From: Polyangia bacterium
Lineage (GTDB): Bacteria > Myxococcota_A > Polyangia > JAAYKL01
Length of the DNA: 64,000 bases
Reading direction: 5' to 3'
NCBI GenBank assembly: GCA_050287845.1
Contig: JBNKCR010000026.1
Coordinates: 1-64,000 of the forward strand
Part shown: positions 28,822-39,108 of the stretch, piece by piece
How positions within the stretch are numbered: position 1 is the first letter of the stretch
How the letters are laid out: every line of letters starts with the position of its first letter
Made by a program: the position numbers and the translations under genes
The notes under the pieces: model-generated
The model's input: the letters and a program-made list of their open reading frames with translations, nothing else
Databases searched by the model: none
What the model was told of the DNA's origin: nothing

Positions 28822-29187
28822 ATGGCAAAAACGATTATGACAGCCGACGACTCAGCGAGTATGCGCCAGATGATTTCATTCACTCTGAAGCAGGCGGGAT
28901 ATGACGTGCTGGAAGCCGAGGATGGAAAGGATGCACTGTTGAAAGCCGAACAGAGCAGCATCGACATGCTGATTACAGATCTGAACATGCCCAACATGAA
29001 CGGTATGGAGCTGATTGAAGAGATTCGTAAAATGGAAAAGTACAGGTTCATTCCCATCATCATGCTCACGACGGAGTCAGATGCCGAAAAGAAGAAACAG
29101 GGAAAGGCAGCCGGCGCAACCGGATGGCTTGTAAAACCGTTCCAACCTCCGCAACTCACTTCCGTGGTGAAAAAGGTATTGCGATAA
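28822..29187 (+). CDS. cheY: Chemotaxis response regulator
   Basis: ADDS, ITDLNMPNMNG, MLTTES, GWLVKPF. Confidence 0.93.
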   Translation: MAKTIMTADDSASMRQMISFTLKQAGYDVLEAEDGKDALLKAEQSSIDMLITDLNMPNMNGMELIEEIRKMEKYRFIPIIMLTTESDAEKKKQGKAAGATGWLVKPFQPPQLTSVVKKVLR

Positions 29188-29205
29188 AGGACGAAAGGTT
29201 ACTGA

Positions 29206-31305
29206 ATGAGTACACCTCAAAATTTTAAAGAGACGTTTATCGCCGAAGCTGAAGATCTGCTGGTTGAAATTGAGGAATGTGTTCTGGACATCGAGAACGA
29301 TCCGGACGACATGGACGCGGTTAACAGACTTTTTCGGGCAATGCATACGATAAAAGGCTCCGGCGCCATGTTCGGTTTCGATGACATCTCGTCATTTACG
29401 CACCACGTAGAAACCGTGCTGGACTATGTTCGCGAAGGAAAACTCCGGGTCTCCACAAAACTCATCGACATGGTTCTGAACGCCAGAGACCACATCAAAT
29501 CCATGCTGGACCATGCGCATGGTGGTCCGAAGGTCAGCATCAAACGCACCGAGGAGTTGGTTGCGGTCATCGAAAGTCTGGTACCGAACAAGTTAAAAAG
29601 CAGACTTCCGGCGGAAACAGTCCCGCTGAGCATGATGCCCGTGTCACCCACATTGATGGAAAAAGCCTACCGGATTTCAATTAAGCCCCATCAGGACATT
29701 TTCAATTACGGTATGGACCCGATGTTGCTTGTCGAAGAGCTGAGCGAAATGGGTGAATGCACGGTCTCTCTGTACACTGAAAACGTCCCTTCTCTGAAAA
29801 ACATCGACCCCCTTTCCTGCTATCTGAAATGGGATCTGGTCCTGTTTTCCAATTTCGACGAAAACGCTATTCGGGATGTTTTTATTTTCGTAGAAGACGA
29901 ATGTGACACCAAAGTTGATGACATTACCGACGAAGCGGAAGATATTCCCCGAGTGGGAGAAATTCTGGTATCCAAAGGCGATACCACCAAAGACACAATC
30001 AAAGACGCATTAAGCAGACAGCCGAGAATTGGAGACTTGCTGGTCACCGGCGGCGGTGTCACGAAAGACAAACTGAAATCCGCATTGGCCGAACAGAAAT
30101 CTCTTGAAAAGAAACGTCAAACCACTCAGAAAGAATCCGTCCGGGTGACTTCAGACAAACTCGATGCATTGGTGAATCTGGTTGGTGAGCTTGTCATCGT
30201 TGAGGCACAGCTGGCGAGCATGACCGCTGCGCTGCAGGATCAGCGTCTGCAAACAACCGTCGAGGAAATCGAAAGATTAATCGGTGAGCTGCGCGATGTT
30301 GCGCTGAGTGTTCGCATGATGCCCATCGGTTCGACCTTTGCCAAGTTCCGAAGATTGGTCCGAGACTTGTCAAATGATTTGGGAAAAGAAATCAGAATGG
30401 AAACTTTTGGTGCGGAAACGGAACTCGACAAGACTGTTCTGGACAAATTGGGGGACCCCCTCGTGCATCTCATCCGCAACTGCATAGACCACGGCATCGA
30501 GATGCCGGAAGTTCGCGAAGAGGCAGATAAACCACGCACCGGCACCATCCGTCTCAATGCACAACACAGAGGCGCCAATGTTGTTATTTCTATAAAAGAT
30601 GATGGCAAAGGGTTGGATCCGGAAGTCATTTTCAACAAAGCAGTCGAGAAGAATCTTGTCAGCCCTGACGCGAAGATGACAGAAAAGGAAATTTTCAATC
30701 TGATCATGGCGCCGGGATTCTCCACAGCACAGACTGTCTCCAGCATATCTGGCAGAGGCGTTGGGATGGACGTGGTGAAAAAGATGATCGAAGCGCTGCG
30801 AGGCACCGTGGATATTCAGAGTACGCTCGGGCAGGGAACTGTCATAGAGCTCTCGTTGCCGTTAACGCTCGCTATCATTGATGGACTGCTGGTTGAGGTG
30901 AACCGCGAAAAATTCGTCATACCGGTTCAGAGTGTGGAGGAATGTCTGGAAATGACCGGGGAAGTGAAGGCCCACGGCAGTTCCAGGAACATGCTTCGAA
31001 TCCGCGGCAATCTGGTGCCGTTTGTACGGCTCCGAGAGGTATTCGGTATACCGCCTGAAGAGGATGCCAGAGAAGAGGCCGTGGTTGTCGAAATGGAGGA
31101 CGCACGGGTTGGGCTGGTTGTTGACAAAGTGATAGGTGACCACCAGACCGTTATTAAATCGCTGGGGCAGATGTACAAACATGTCCAGGGAATTTCCGGG
31201 GCAACCATTATGGGCGATGGCAACGTCGCACTCATTATCGATGTGCCGAGTCTGACCAGAATTGCAAATGCAGATGAACATGTTTCATGGGCATCTCCCA
31301 GTTAA
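29206..31305 (+). CDS. cheA: Chemotaxis histidine kinase
   Basis: FRAMHTIKG (Hpt), LVNLVGELVI, HLIRNCIDHG, DDGKG, GFST, SGRGVGMDVV, C-terminal CheW domain. Confidence 0.96.
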   Translation: MSTPQNFKETFIAEAEDLLVEIEECVLDIENDPDDMDAVNRLFRAMHTIKGSGAMFGFDDISSFTHHVETVLDYVREGKLRVSTKLIDMVLNARDHIKSMLDHAHGGPKVSIKRTEELVAVIESLVPNKLKSRLPAETVPLSMMPVSPTLMEKAYRISIKPHQDIFNYGMDPMLLVEELSEMGECTVSLYTENVPSLKNIDPLSCYLKWDLVLFSNFDENAIRDVFIFVEDECDTKVDDITDEAEDIPRVGEILVSKGDTTKDTIKDALSRQPRIGDLLVTGGGVTKDKLKSALAEQKSLEKKRQTTQKESVRVTSDKLDALVNLVGELVIVEAQLASMTAALQDQRLQTTVEEIERLIGELRDVALSVRMMPIGSTFAKFRRLVRDLSNDLGKEIRMETFGAETELDKTVLDKLGDPLVHLIRNCIDHGIEMPEVREEADKPRTGTIRLNAQHRGANVVISIKDDGKGLDPEVIFNKAVEKNLVSPDAKMTEKEIFNLIMAPGFSTAQTVSSISGRGVGMDVVKKMIEALRGTVDIQSTLGQGTVIELSLPLTLAIIDGLLVEVNREKFVIPVQSVEECLEMTGEVKAHGSSRNMLRIRGNLVPFVRLREVFGIPPEEDAREEAVVVEMEDARVGLVVDKVIGDHQTVIKSLGQMYKHVQGISGATIMGDGNVALIIDVPSLTRIANADEHVSWASPS

Positions 31306-31383
31306 TCAGATTTCGAATAGACAGGGAAAACAACTGAATAATAACATGCAAACGCACAGTTATCCGATACAGAGGACCAACAG

Positions 31384-31929
31384 ATGGGCGACGTCGAAAG
31401 TAGCAACAATCAGTATCTGACCTTTCAACTGGGTGATGATTCCCTTGCATTGGACATCACCCGTGTTCGAGAAGTACTTGACTTAATCAACATCACCAAA
31501 ATACCACGAACACCGGTATTCATGCTGGGGGTCATTAATCTGCGTGGGAATGTGGTGCCGGTCATCGATTTGAATCACTCGCTGAATATGCCGCCATCGC
31601 AGAGAACGGTCGACACCTGCATCATCATTACCGAGTGCCGGCTGGGAACGGAACAATTACTGGTGGGGGTGCTTGCAGATGTCGTGCAGGAAGTTGTAAA
31701 CATTTCGTCATCAGAACTCAGCCCACCTCCCCGGATGGGGGTCCGATTCAACCCGGAATTCATCCGGAATCTGGGACGAAGGGGTGAGGATTTTATCACT
31801 ATTCTGAACATGGACCGGATACTGGCGGAAAATGAAGTGATGGAGATTGGCGCGATGGCGTCGTTGGTTCCCCAGGGCACTGCCAATCTCAATTCATCAG
31901 ATGAGAGTATTCAGGCGTCGCAGACATGA
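31384..31929 (+). CDS. cheW: Chemotaxis coupling protein
   Basis: QYLTF, VREV, GVINLRGNVVPVIDL. Confidence 0.93.
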   Translation: MGDVESSNNQYLTFQLGDDSLALDITRVREVLDLINITKIPRTPVFMLGVINLRGNVVPVIDLNHSLNMPPSQRTVDTCIIITECRLGTEQLLVGVLADVVQEVVNISSSELSPPPRMGVRFNPEFIRNLGRRGEDFITILNMDRILAENEVMEIGAMASLVPQGTANLNSSDESIQASQT

Positions 31930-32036
31930 CGCTTGCCACATTGGTCCCTTCTGAACGGAATGAGCTTGTTCATGGATGAAAACCACAACGATATAAAATC
32001 ACTGAAAAGTTTCTGACAACCCGCAGGAGAAAAATA

Positions 32037-32579
32037 ATGGGTGATATAGTTACACAGACGAATCAGTTCCTCGCTTTTCGATTGGGGAGTAATCACTTTG
32101 CCATAGATATTTCTCAGGTGCGAGAAGTGTTGGATTTCCAGAAAGTCACTCAGGTTCCCAAAACACCCGATTTTCTGTTGGGAGTAATTAACCTGCGTGG
32201 CAATGTCATTTCGGTAGTTGATTTGCGCCTGAACCTGGGGATGTCGGGAACGGAGCAGACAGTCAATACATGTATCCTGATAATGGAATTGCAAATCGGC
32301 GGAGACACACTGCAAATTGGAGCCCTTGCCGACGCAGTGGAAGAAGTGATTGAAATTTCTCCCGAACAGTTAGGTCCGCCACCTCGGGCAGGCATTGAAC
32401 TCAACACCAAATTCATTAAAGGAATGGCAAAACGGGGTGACGAATTGCTGATTATTATCGATATTGACAACGTGCTTACAACCGAAGAAATCGACATTGT
32501 AGAAACCGCTACATCTATCATCCCAGGGGATGCAGGTGTAGCCAACCAACCGAAATCAGCCACTGAGGGCAGTATCTGA
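32037..32579 (+). CDS. cheW: Chemotaxis coupling protein (second copy)
   Basis: QFLAF, VREV, GVINLRGNVISVVDL. Confidence 0.93.
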   Translation: MGDIVTQTNQFLAFRLGSNHFAIDISQVREVLDFQKVTQVPKTPDFLLGVINLRGNVISVVDLRLNLGMSGTEQTVNTCILIMELQIGGDTLQIGALADAVEEVIEISPEQLGPPPRAGIELNTKFIKGMAKRGDELLIIIDIDNVLTTEEIDIVETATSIIPGDAGVANQPKSATEGSI

Positions 32580-32590
32580 ACGACACGGAT

Positions 32591-34360
32591 ATGATGAACA
32601 ACACGACATCACAAGCGGATTCGAAGACAGATTCGAGCACAGCAACCGAAGATGCATTGGTGGACATTCAGCACATTATCCAGGAGTTGCAATCTTCAAA
32701 CCAGGATGCGGAACGCAATTTTCTCAAGTTGGGCGAAGGGTTGCAGCATCTGTTCCATGAATCGACGGAGATGACATCATCCGCCCAGATGGCGGTAAAT
32801 ACGATTTCCAGGGAGCACAACATCTCAGAAATCATACAGCAGATTTCCGACAGGATTCTCACGCGCTTCAACGACGTGAAACTCAACAATCTTCAGATAC
32901 TGACCCATGCGACCGGGGCATCGGCACTGATACGGGAGCTTGCCGGTAAAACGCCTGAAATACGCAAGATCGACAAGGAACTGTGGATTCTTGGCAGCAA
33001 CATGGCGATTCAGGCATCGTGGAATTCGCACACCAGAAAAATGTTTGGTGACTATTCGGAGGAGCTGAAGCAGTTCTCCAAAAGCATAAAAAAAGTTTTT
33101 CTTCAATTCCAGGTCGATCTGAGAGGTATGAATGACAGTATCCAGGAATTACACTCGTCAATTCGAACCGAAACACAACGATTGGATGAATTGATCAATC
33201 AATCCAGGCAAAACATACAGAACGCCACACAGCAACTTGAACAACTGCTCAGAGACTCGGCAGAAAAGATCGGATGCATTGAAGGTTTGTCGAGAAAAAT
33301 GACCCAACGCGTTGCAGATATTGTCACATCGATTCAGTTCAATGACATTACCAGACAACAGATGGAGCACGTCATCGAAGCATTGGCTGACACATCTTCC
33401 GGGCGGAACACGTTTGAAATCTATCGTTCCATGAGAATTCAGAGTGCGCAACTGGACCAGGTTGTCGAAACACTCGCAGGTGCTACCGGAACGATTGAAC
33501 AGTCTTTTTCAGACATTATCCAAAGCGGTGCGGACATCGCCTCCCAATACAGACAGCCTTCCGGTGCCACCCATTCGGACTCCCCATTTGCACGGATTAA
33601 AACCGCGCTCCATGAACAGGAGGGTCTGCTGGATTTTTCTTCCACACTGCGCGACCGCACCATTCACTCCATGCAGATTGCTTCCGTTGCCGCAGATCGG
33701 TTGGCATCCCATCTGGACGAAATTGGAGAAATCACAGGCGAACTGAATCTCCAGGCAATCAACGCCCTGGTGATGTCGCGAAATATCGGACAGGGTGGTG
33801 CAAGTCTGGTTGCTCTTTCCAAGGAGGTTCACACCCTGTCGAAAGCGTCAACGCACACAGTGGAGCAGGTCGTGAACATCCTGACCGAGATTGGTACACA
33901 GACCTCTCAACTGAGTTCACTCGCAAGCGAAAATACCGAGTGGGACAACAGTCAGCAGTTGAAAGACGGATTTGATCAGATTGATCACATCGGTGAGCAG
34001 TATTTTTCCGCCATTGACAATACGGCAACGCTCTCAAATCAACTGCAAATCCACGCCCGCATCACCAATGAAAAGTCCGGCTTTATCGGGAAGCTGAGTG
34101 AACGGATTCAGACGAGCAACACGCATCTCAATGATGCGGCAGAAAAACTGGCTGCACATGCCGTTCAGGACAACGTCGGTCAGGTGAATATGAAAGAAAG
34201 ATACACAATGGAAAGTGAGCGGCTGATCCATGATCGCATACAGCAGGAACTCAACGGTCAATCGGCATCTGGCCTTCAAACCAGTTCCACCGGCACGTCC
34301 CGGGCACTAACCGGAGAAGCGGATGAGGACAGCGAATTCGGCGATTTCGAACTCTTTTAG
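32591..34360 (+). CDS. Soluble, atypical MCP-like coiled-coil protein
   Basis: No TM segment; IQFNDITRQQMEHV; degenerate hairpin LNLQAINA…G..G.SL..LSKEV..LS; YTMESER..H; C-terminal FELF. Confidence 0.65.
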   Translation: MMNNTTSQADSKTDSSTATEDALVDIQHIIQELQSSNQDAERNFLKLGEGLQHLFHESTEMTSSAQMAVNTISREHNISEIIQQISDRILTRFNDVKLNNLQILTHATGASALIRELAGKTPEIRKIDKELWILGSNMAIQASWNSHTRKMFGDYSEELKQFSKSIKKVFLQFQVDLRGMNDSIQELHSSIRTETQRLDELINQSRQNIQNATQQLEQLLRDSAEKIGCIEGLSRKMTQRVADIVTSIQFNDITRQQMEHVIEALADTSSGRNTFEIYRSMRIQSAQLDQVVETLAGATGTIEQSFSDIIQSGADIASQYRQPSGATHSDSPFARIKTALHEQEGLLDFSSTLRDRTIHSMQIASVAADRLASHLDEIGEITGELNLQAINALVMSRNIGQGGASLVALSKEVHTLSKASTHTVEQVVNILTEIGTQTSQLSSLASENTEWDNSQQLKDGFDQIDHIGEQYFSAIDNTATLSNQLQIHARITNEKSGFIGKLSERIQTSNTHLNDAAEKLAAHAVQDNVGQVNMKERYTMESERLIHDRIQQELNGQSASGLQTSSTGTSRALTGEADEDSEFGDFELF

Positions 34361-34377
34361 CCCCAATCCGCAATGTG

Positions 34378-34788
34378 TCAGATCACCTGAGACTGTATCT
34401 CGCGATATCCGAGAGCAACCAATACACAGGCGCCATCGGCAATCAGATTAGCGCCGGCATTCCGGGCCATGGCCACCGCTTCCGGGTTCTCCGCCCCGGG
34501 CTGCATCCAGATATGTCGGATATTCTTTTCGAGCGCAGCAGCGACCACCTGTAACGTCACCGCCGGCGGTGTCACAATGGAAATAGCCTCGACATCATCG
34601 GGCAACTGAGACACCGAAGCCACTGCCGCCAAACCTTCAACCCGATCCTCTTTCGGATTGATGGGGATTACCGCCCGGGCGTTTTGCAAAAAGGCACGCA
34701 CCACCTTATTTCCGTATTTATTCCTGTTGGTCGATGCACCTGCCACAGCAACCTTCTGACATTTTAAAAATTGATCAATATCACTCAT
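34378..34788 (-). CDS. CoA-binding domain protein (YccU-like)
   Basis: AVAGAS….KYGN, PINP, IWMQPGA, C.LV. Confidence 0.88.
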   Translation of the reverse strand: MSDIDQFLKCQKVAVAGASTNRNKYGNKVVRAFLQNARAVIPINPKEDRVEGLAAVASVSQLPDDVEAISIVTPPAVTLQVVAAALEKNIRHIWMQPGAENPEAVAMARNAGANLIADGACVLVALGYREIQSQVI

Positions 34789-34860
34789 TACTAACCTCAT
34801 TCATTATCAACCTGTTCATGGCCATCCATCCCGACAGCCCATCTGTATATCGTAAACATT

Positions 34861-36141
34861 CTATTTTTCCTCTGCAGCGCTCATATCTGATTTACAAATC
34901 TCCCTGAGAATTTCCGTCGCATAGGCGCCAGAAGGCAAAGTGAACTCGAACAGCAGAAACTCACCGCGATCATCCCCGCCGGATGTTACCGAAGTTTCCG
35001 ATGGAAATATTCTGAGCGGTCTTCTTCCCCCTACGGACTTGAACGGTCCCCTCCGGGAAAACTGTTCGAGCGTGACGCCTTCATCTGCCAGCAAATGCCT
35101 TTCCCTGTCTCCGGGAACACCATCCGGCCATTTCATTTTCGCCCCGAACAGCGGGCCCGTCGGGGAAATTTCACCGGATTGAGCCCGTTGCGTGTCCAGA
35201 ACGGCGTCTGTCACCTGGAAACACACCCCCTTGTCATGTTTCCACGCAATATCCCCCTCGAGCATTTGCGTCACTGTGCCATCCTGAATCCGGGCAGCAA
35301 GCACCTGATTGAAAAGAATGGACTGATAGGCAGACACATAAAATGTCAGCATTTTCTTTCCAACGGCCATCAATGTGTTTTTATAGTGGCCACCGGTCTT
35401 CTCAAACAGCCTGCACAGTCGTGCGTTTTCGCCGAACCCCCTCGGCCATGCGTCTGCGGCTTCCAAATATTTCTCTTCCATAAACAACTGTCTGGCACGG
35501 GTCACAGCCTCTCCCTCCAACGCCGGTTCCGGGAGTCCGAGAACAAGCTCAAGCGCCTGTCGATGCTCGCCCCGAATGAGTGATCTGCCCACCAGCCCGG
35601 TATCCCCGCGGGAGCCGAAACGCTGCATGCCGAAATAATTCGGAGCACCGTTCTTTTCCAGATACGCCAACAATTGCGCGGCATCCGCAATGCGGTCAAC
35701 CTGAGTATTTCGTAACCGAATCTGAAACCTGTTGCCCCGCAGATGCCCCATTTTCAATTTATTTCCGTGCCGTGAGACGCTTTTCACAGCAATCCCCGGA
35801 ATGCTCAGCGCCTCAATTTTTTCTGGCGGAACATGCTCAGCACTCAACATCTGCCGGGTGACCGCTCTGGCATCTTTCTGTCCTGCCATCCCCACATCGC
35901 GGGGCGAAATACCAAGAACCTGTGCAATTTTAAATACCGCGCTTCCCGTGGTCATGTTGCTTTTTTCTATTTCAAAGTAAACATGGTCGCCTGTACCGCA
36001 TGGCACATACATCGGAATTTCGAATACCTTAAAATCATCCGTGTACAATTTCACATCACCATGCAGGCATGCTGACGCAGTGGAAAGAAACGGACTCTGC
36101 CGTAATGTTTCCAGGTTTTTTTTCAAATCAATTTTTTCCAT
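34861..36141 (-). CDS. truD: tRNA pseudouridine(13) synthase
   Basis: DFKV.E, AGQKDARAVTRQ, GHLRGNRF, PNYFGMQRFG, F.LPSGAYAT..LRE. Confidence 0.95.
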   Translation of the reverse strand: MEKIDLKKNLETLRQSPFLSTASACLHGDVKLYTDDFKVFEIPMYVPCGTGDHVYFEIEKSNMTTGSAVFKIAQVLGISPRDVGMAGQKDARAVTRQMLSAEHVPPEKIEALSIPGIAVKSVSRHGNKLKMGHLRGNRFQIRLRNTQVDRIADAAQLLAYLEKNGAPNYFGMQRFGSRGDTGLVGRSLIRGEHRQALELVLGLPEPALEGEAVTRARQLFMEEKYLEAADAWPRGFGENARLCRLFEKTGGHYKNTLMAVGKKMLTFYVSAYQSILFNQVLAARIQDGTVTQMLEGDIAWKHDKGVCFQVTDAVLDTQRAQSGEISPTGPLFGAKMKWPDGVPGDRERHLLADEGVTLEQFSRRGPFKSVGGRRPLRIFPSETSVTSGGDDRGEFLLFEFTLPSGAYATEILREICKSDMSAAEEK

Positions 36142-36270
36142 CGCTTCTTCCTGTGATTTTTTTCTCTGCGGCACCATAATTTTTTATTTCGAAACCCTCA
36201 AGCACATCTTCCATTTCCCCCTGTCATCGGGTAAGAAAGAGTACTTCATTCAGGACCCTGAAAAAAAAAG

Positions 36271-38838
36271 ATGACTGGAACAAGAAAGCCCAAAATATTA
36301 ATCAACTGGTGGTTTGCACTTATCGAAGCCATTCTGATTCGCTATGTGAAGGTTTCCGATCACTGGCTGGATACCGTTCGGCAGGCAAGCAAATCGGGTT
36401 CAGTGATTTTCATTCTGCGAAACCGCAATATAATTGATTTTTTGTGTCTCCGAGGCATTTGCAGACGCTACAATCTACCCCCTGTCGGCTTTGTATCCGG
36501 ACTCTCGCCCCTATCGTTTATGCCGGTATGGAAAATCCTGCTATCGCTGTTCGGCTCTCGACGCAAAAATCGCCAGCTGACCAGGTGGATTCATACATTG
36601 AAACGGGGCGGCAGCGGTCTGGTATTTCTCAGGCGCCCGGCGCTCAGAAATGCCCTCGGCAATCGGCCAACCGAAACAAACGGTATTGAACTGGCAATCA
36701 ACGCGCAAAAAAATCTGGACGTTCCGGTGATTGCAATTCCGACCGTATTTTTATGGGGGGAAGCGCCGATGAAGCGCACCCGAAGCAACTGGTCCTATAT
36801 TTTCGGTACGTCCGAATATCCCAGACTTCTGCGTTCCATATGGTTGCTCCTCAGACGACGTTCTGTCCATGAGCTTATATCGGCGGCCCCCATCAATATT
36901 GCGAAACTGAAAGAGGATAGGGGTGATGATGAGGTACGCCTGCAGAGCATCATTCGAGCAAAAGTCGGCCGACAGATTGAGACGGTCAGAACCCACAAAC
37001 TCGGTTCATTCAAAAAGGTGTCCGCAAGAGTAAAATTTGAAGTTTCGCAATCCAGACGTTTGCGCAGGGAACTTGATGGCATTGCCGAGGATATGCAAAT
37101 CCCCAAACAGGAAATAGAAAAAAAGACCAGAGAAATCATAGAAAAGCTGGCAACTGAATTTAAACCCCATGTTCTCTCCGCATTTGCCATGATCATGTTG
37201 TTTGTCTGGAAACGCATTTTCTCCGGTCTGGAGATTCCCAGAGAAGATATGGACAGGATTCGCGATGCGGTGGGCAAAGGGCCACTCCTGCTCATCCCCT
37301 GTCATCGCAGTCACGTGGATTATCTGGCAATTTCCGAAACGATGAATTCCGCTAACATCATGCTCCCCCATATCGCCGCCGGAGACAATCTCGCCTTCTG
37401 GCCCATGGAATTTTTCTTCCGCTCGTGCGGCGCGTTTTTCATCCGCAGAAAATTCGTGAATGACAAATTTTATCGCGCAATTGTAAATGCGTACATCCGA
37501 AAACTGATTCAGGAAAAGTACGCCATTGAAGTTTTCATTGAGGGAGGACGTTCGCGCACCGGAAAAATGTTGCGTCCCATGCTTGGAATGCTTGAGATGG
37601 CCCTGAACGCTTCTGCCGACCTACCCGGGCGTAATCCGGGCATCCTTCCCGTATATATTGGTTATGACAAAGTCATAGAAGAAGATGCGTATATTCGAGA
37701 AGCCCAGGGGAAGAAGAAGAAGTCCGAAAATGTGTTCGGCCTGCTGAAGTCCGCAAGGGTTCTGCTCCGAAATTATGGCCGGTTATATGTGCGCAGCGGA
37801 TCGTTCTTCACCGTACAGGACATTCTGCAACAGATGGGCCATGGCATAGCCGACCTCACCGACAGTCCGGTACGCCGAAAAATCGCACAGGAAATTGGGC
37901 GCAGAACGTTGCTCGAAATCAATCGGAATGCGGTTGTCACCCTGAACTCCGTCCTCGCGACCGCTCTGCTGGCCTCAAACGCCAAGTCGGTTTCCAGCGA
38001 AGAAATATACAAACGCACCCGACGATTGGTGGAAATTCTGAACGATGGCAGTATCAATTTTTCCAGCGATGCACTGGCGTTGTTGACCGAAGAATACACC
38101 GATAGAAAGTCTGCGTTTCAAAGGGCGCTTTCCATCTTTGCCGGAGACAAACGGATTTCCAATTGCAGCAATGGTCAAAGAGGAGAGATAACACAGTTGG
38201 AAGTCAAACCTTCGGCCAGAATGGGATTGGATTTTTACAAAAATAATACAATCCATTTCTGGACCTCAGCAGCACTCATCGCCCCGGTGCTTGGCAGCAG
38301 TTCTCAGGGATGCACATTCGAACAATGCAGAGAAACCGTATGTCTGCTGAGTCAACTGTATAAATGGGAACTTTTACTGCCCGACCAGAAAAATTGTTTC
38401 GACAATGAATTCACTCAACTGACCCGTCAGGGCATTGCCCTGCTGGAAAAAGCCGGCATCATACAGTTCTCCGAAGCACAGCGGTATATCGTGAGAGAGC
38501 AGGAGGACTTGCGTTTCATCACCGGCATCCTGCGAACACTGCATGAGACCTATCACTGCGCTCTTTTTGTATCCCGCCAAAAAGTCTTATACAAAAATGT
38601 GTCAAATACAGTAACGGCAGCTGAACAGAGATTTGCGTTTGAGCTGAAAAACGGCATGTATGAGATGCCCGAAGGACAGAACCGAATTATCTTTCAGTCC
38701 GCATTTGCCGCGCTCAAGGACCTGAAACTGAACCGTCCCGTCAATGGGGACATGCCATATGCAGAAGGCGGAATTGGATTTCGACTGCTGCAATATATTG
38801 AAACAGCGCTACAATTCTGCACAACGCAGAAGAAATAA
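36271..38838 (+). CDS. plsB: Glycerol-3-phosphate acyltransferase
   Basis: PCHRSHVDY, IAAGDNL, GAFFIRR, FIEGGRSRTGK. Confidence 0.88.
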   Translation: MTGTRKPKILINWWFALIEAILIRYVKVSDHWLDTVRQASKSGSVIFILRNRNIIDFLCLRGICRRYNLPPVGFVSGLSPLSFMPVWKILLSLFGSRRKNRQLTRWIHTLKRGGSGLVFLRRPALRNALGNRPTETNGIELAINAQKNLDVPVIAIPTVFLWGEAPMKRTRSNWSYIFGTSEYPRLLRSIWLLLRRRSVHELISAAPINIAKLKEDRGDDEVRLQSIIRAKVGRQIETVRTHKLGSFKKVSARVKFEVSQSRRLRRELDGIAEDMQIPKQEIEKKTREIIEKLATEFKPHVLSAFAMIMLFVWKRIFSGLEIPREDMDRIRDAVGKGPLLLIPCHRSHVDYLAISETMNSANIMLPHIAAGDNLAFWPMEFFFRSCGAFFIRRKFVNDKFYRAIVNAYIRKLIQEKYAIEVFIEGGRSRTGKMLRPMLGMLEMALNASADLPGRNPGILPVYIGYDKVIEEDAYIREAQGKKKKSENVFGLLKSARVLLRNYGRLYVRSGSFFTVQDILQQMGHGIADLTDSPVRRKIAQEIGRRTLLEINRNAVVTLNSVLATALLASNAKSVSSEEIYKRTRRLVEILNDGSINFSSDALALLTEEYTDRKSAFQRALSIFAGDKRISNCSNGQRGEITQLEVKPSARMGLDFYKNNTIHFWTSAALIAPVLGSSSQGCTFEQCRETVCLLSQLYKWELLLPDQKNCFDNEFTQLTRQGIALLEKAGIIQFSEAQRYIVREQEDLRFITGILRTLHETYHCALFVSRQKVLYKNVSNTVTAAEQRFAFELKNGMYEMPEGQNRIIFQSAFAALKDLKLNRPVNGDMPYAEGGIGFRLLQYIETALQFCTTQKK

Positions 38839-39015
38839 CGCGCCCGGCGACACAATGTATCCCGGAAAAATAGGCCTTCTCTTTTAGATTCGGTGAATCG
38901 GAAAAATTCCAAACATGTATTAAATGTTTTATTTTCTAAATATATAATTGGTTTCAATTAGACATTTCTGACAAATCAGACGGTTAATTTGTTGCAAATA
39001 AAATACACTCCAGTG

Positions 39016-39039
39016 AATTGTCTACAAATGTAGACAATT
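39016..39039. promoter_or_regulatory. Perfect palindrome, candidate enhancer (UAS) for a sigma54 activator
   Basis: AATTGTCTACA-AA-TGTAGACAATT (TGT-N12-ACA). Confidence 0.65.
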
Positions 39040-39092
39040 AAAAACGCTTTAATTCCCACGGTTTTATTTCGCCCCGGGTGTAGGCCCCCGAA

Positions 39093-39108
39093 TGGTCCAG
39101 AAATTGCT
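39093..39108 (+). promoter_or_regulatory. Sigma54 promoter upstream of the capsule export operon
   Basis: TGGTCCAGAAATTGCT: GG(39094-5)-N10-GC(39106-7). Confidence 0.55.
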
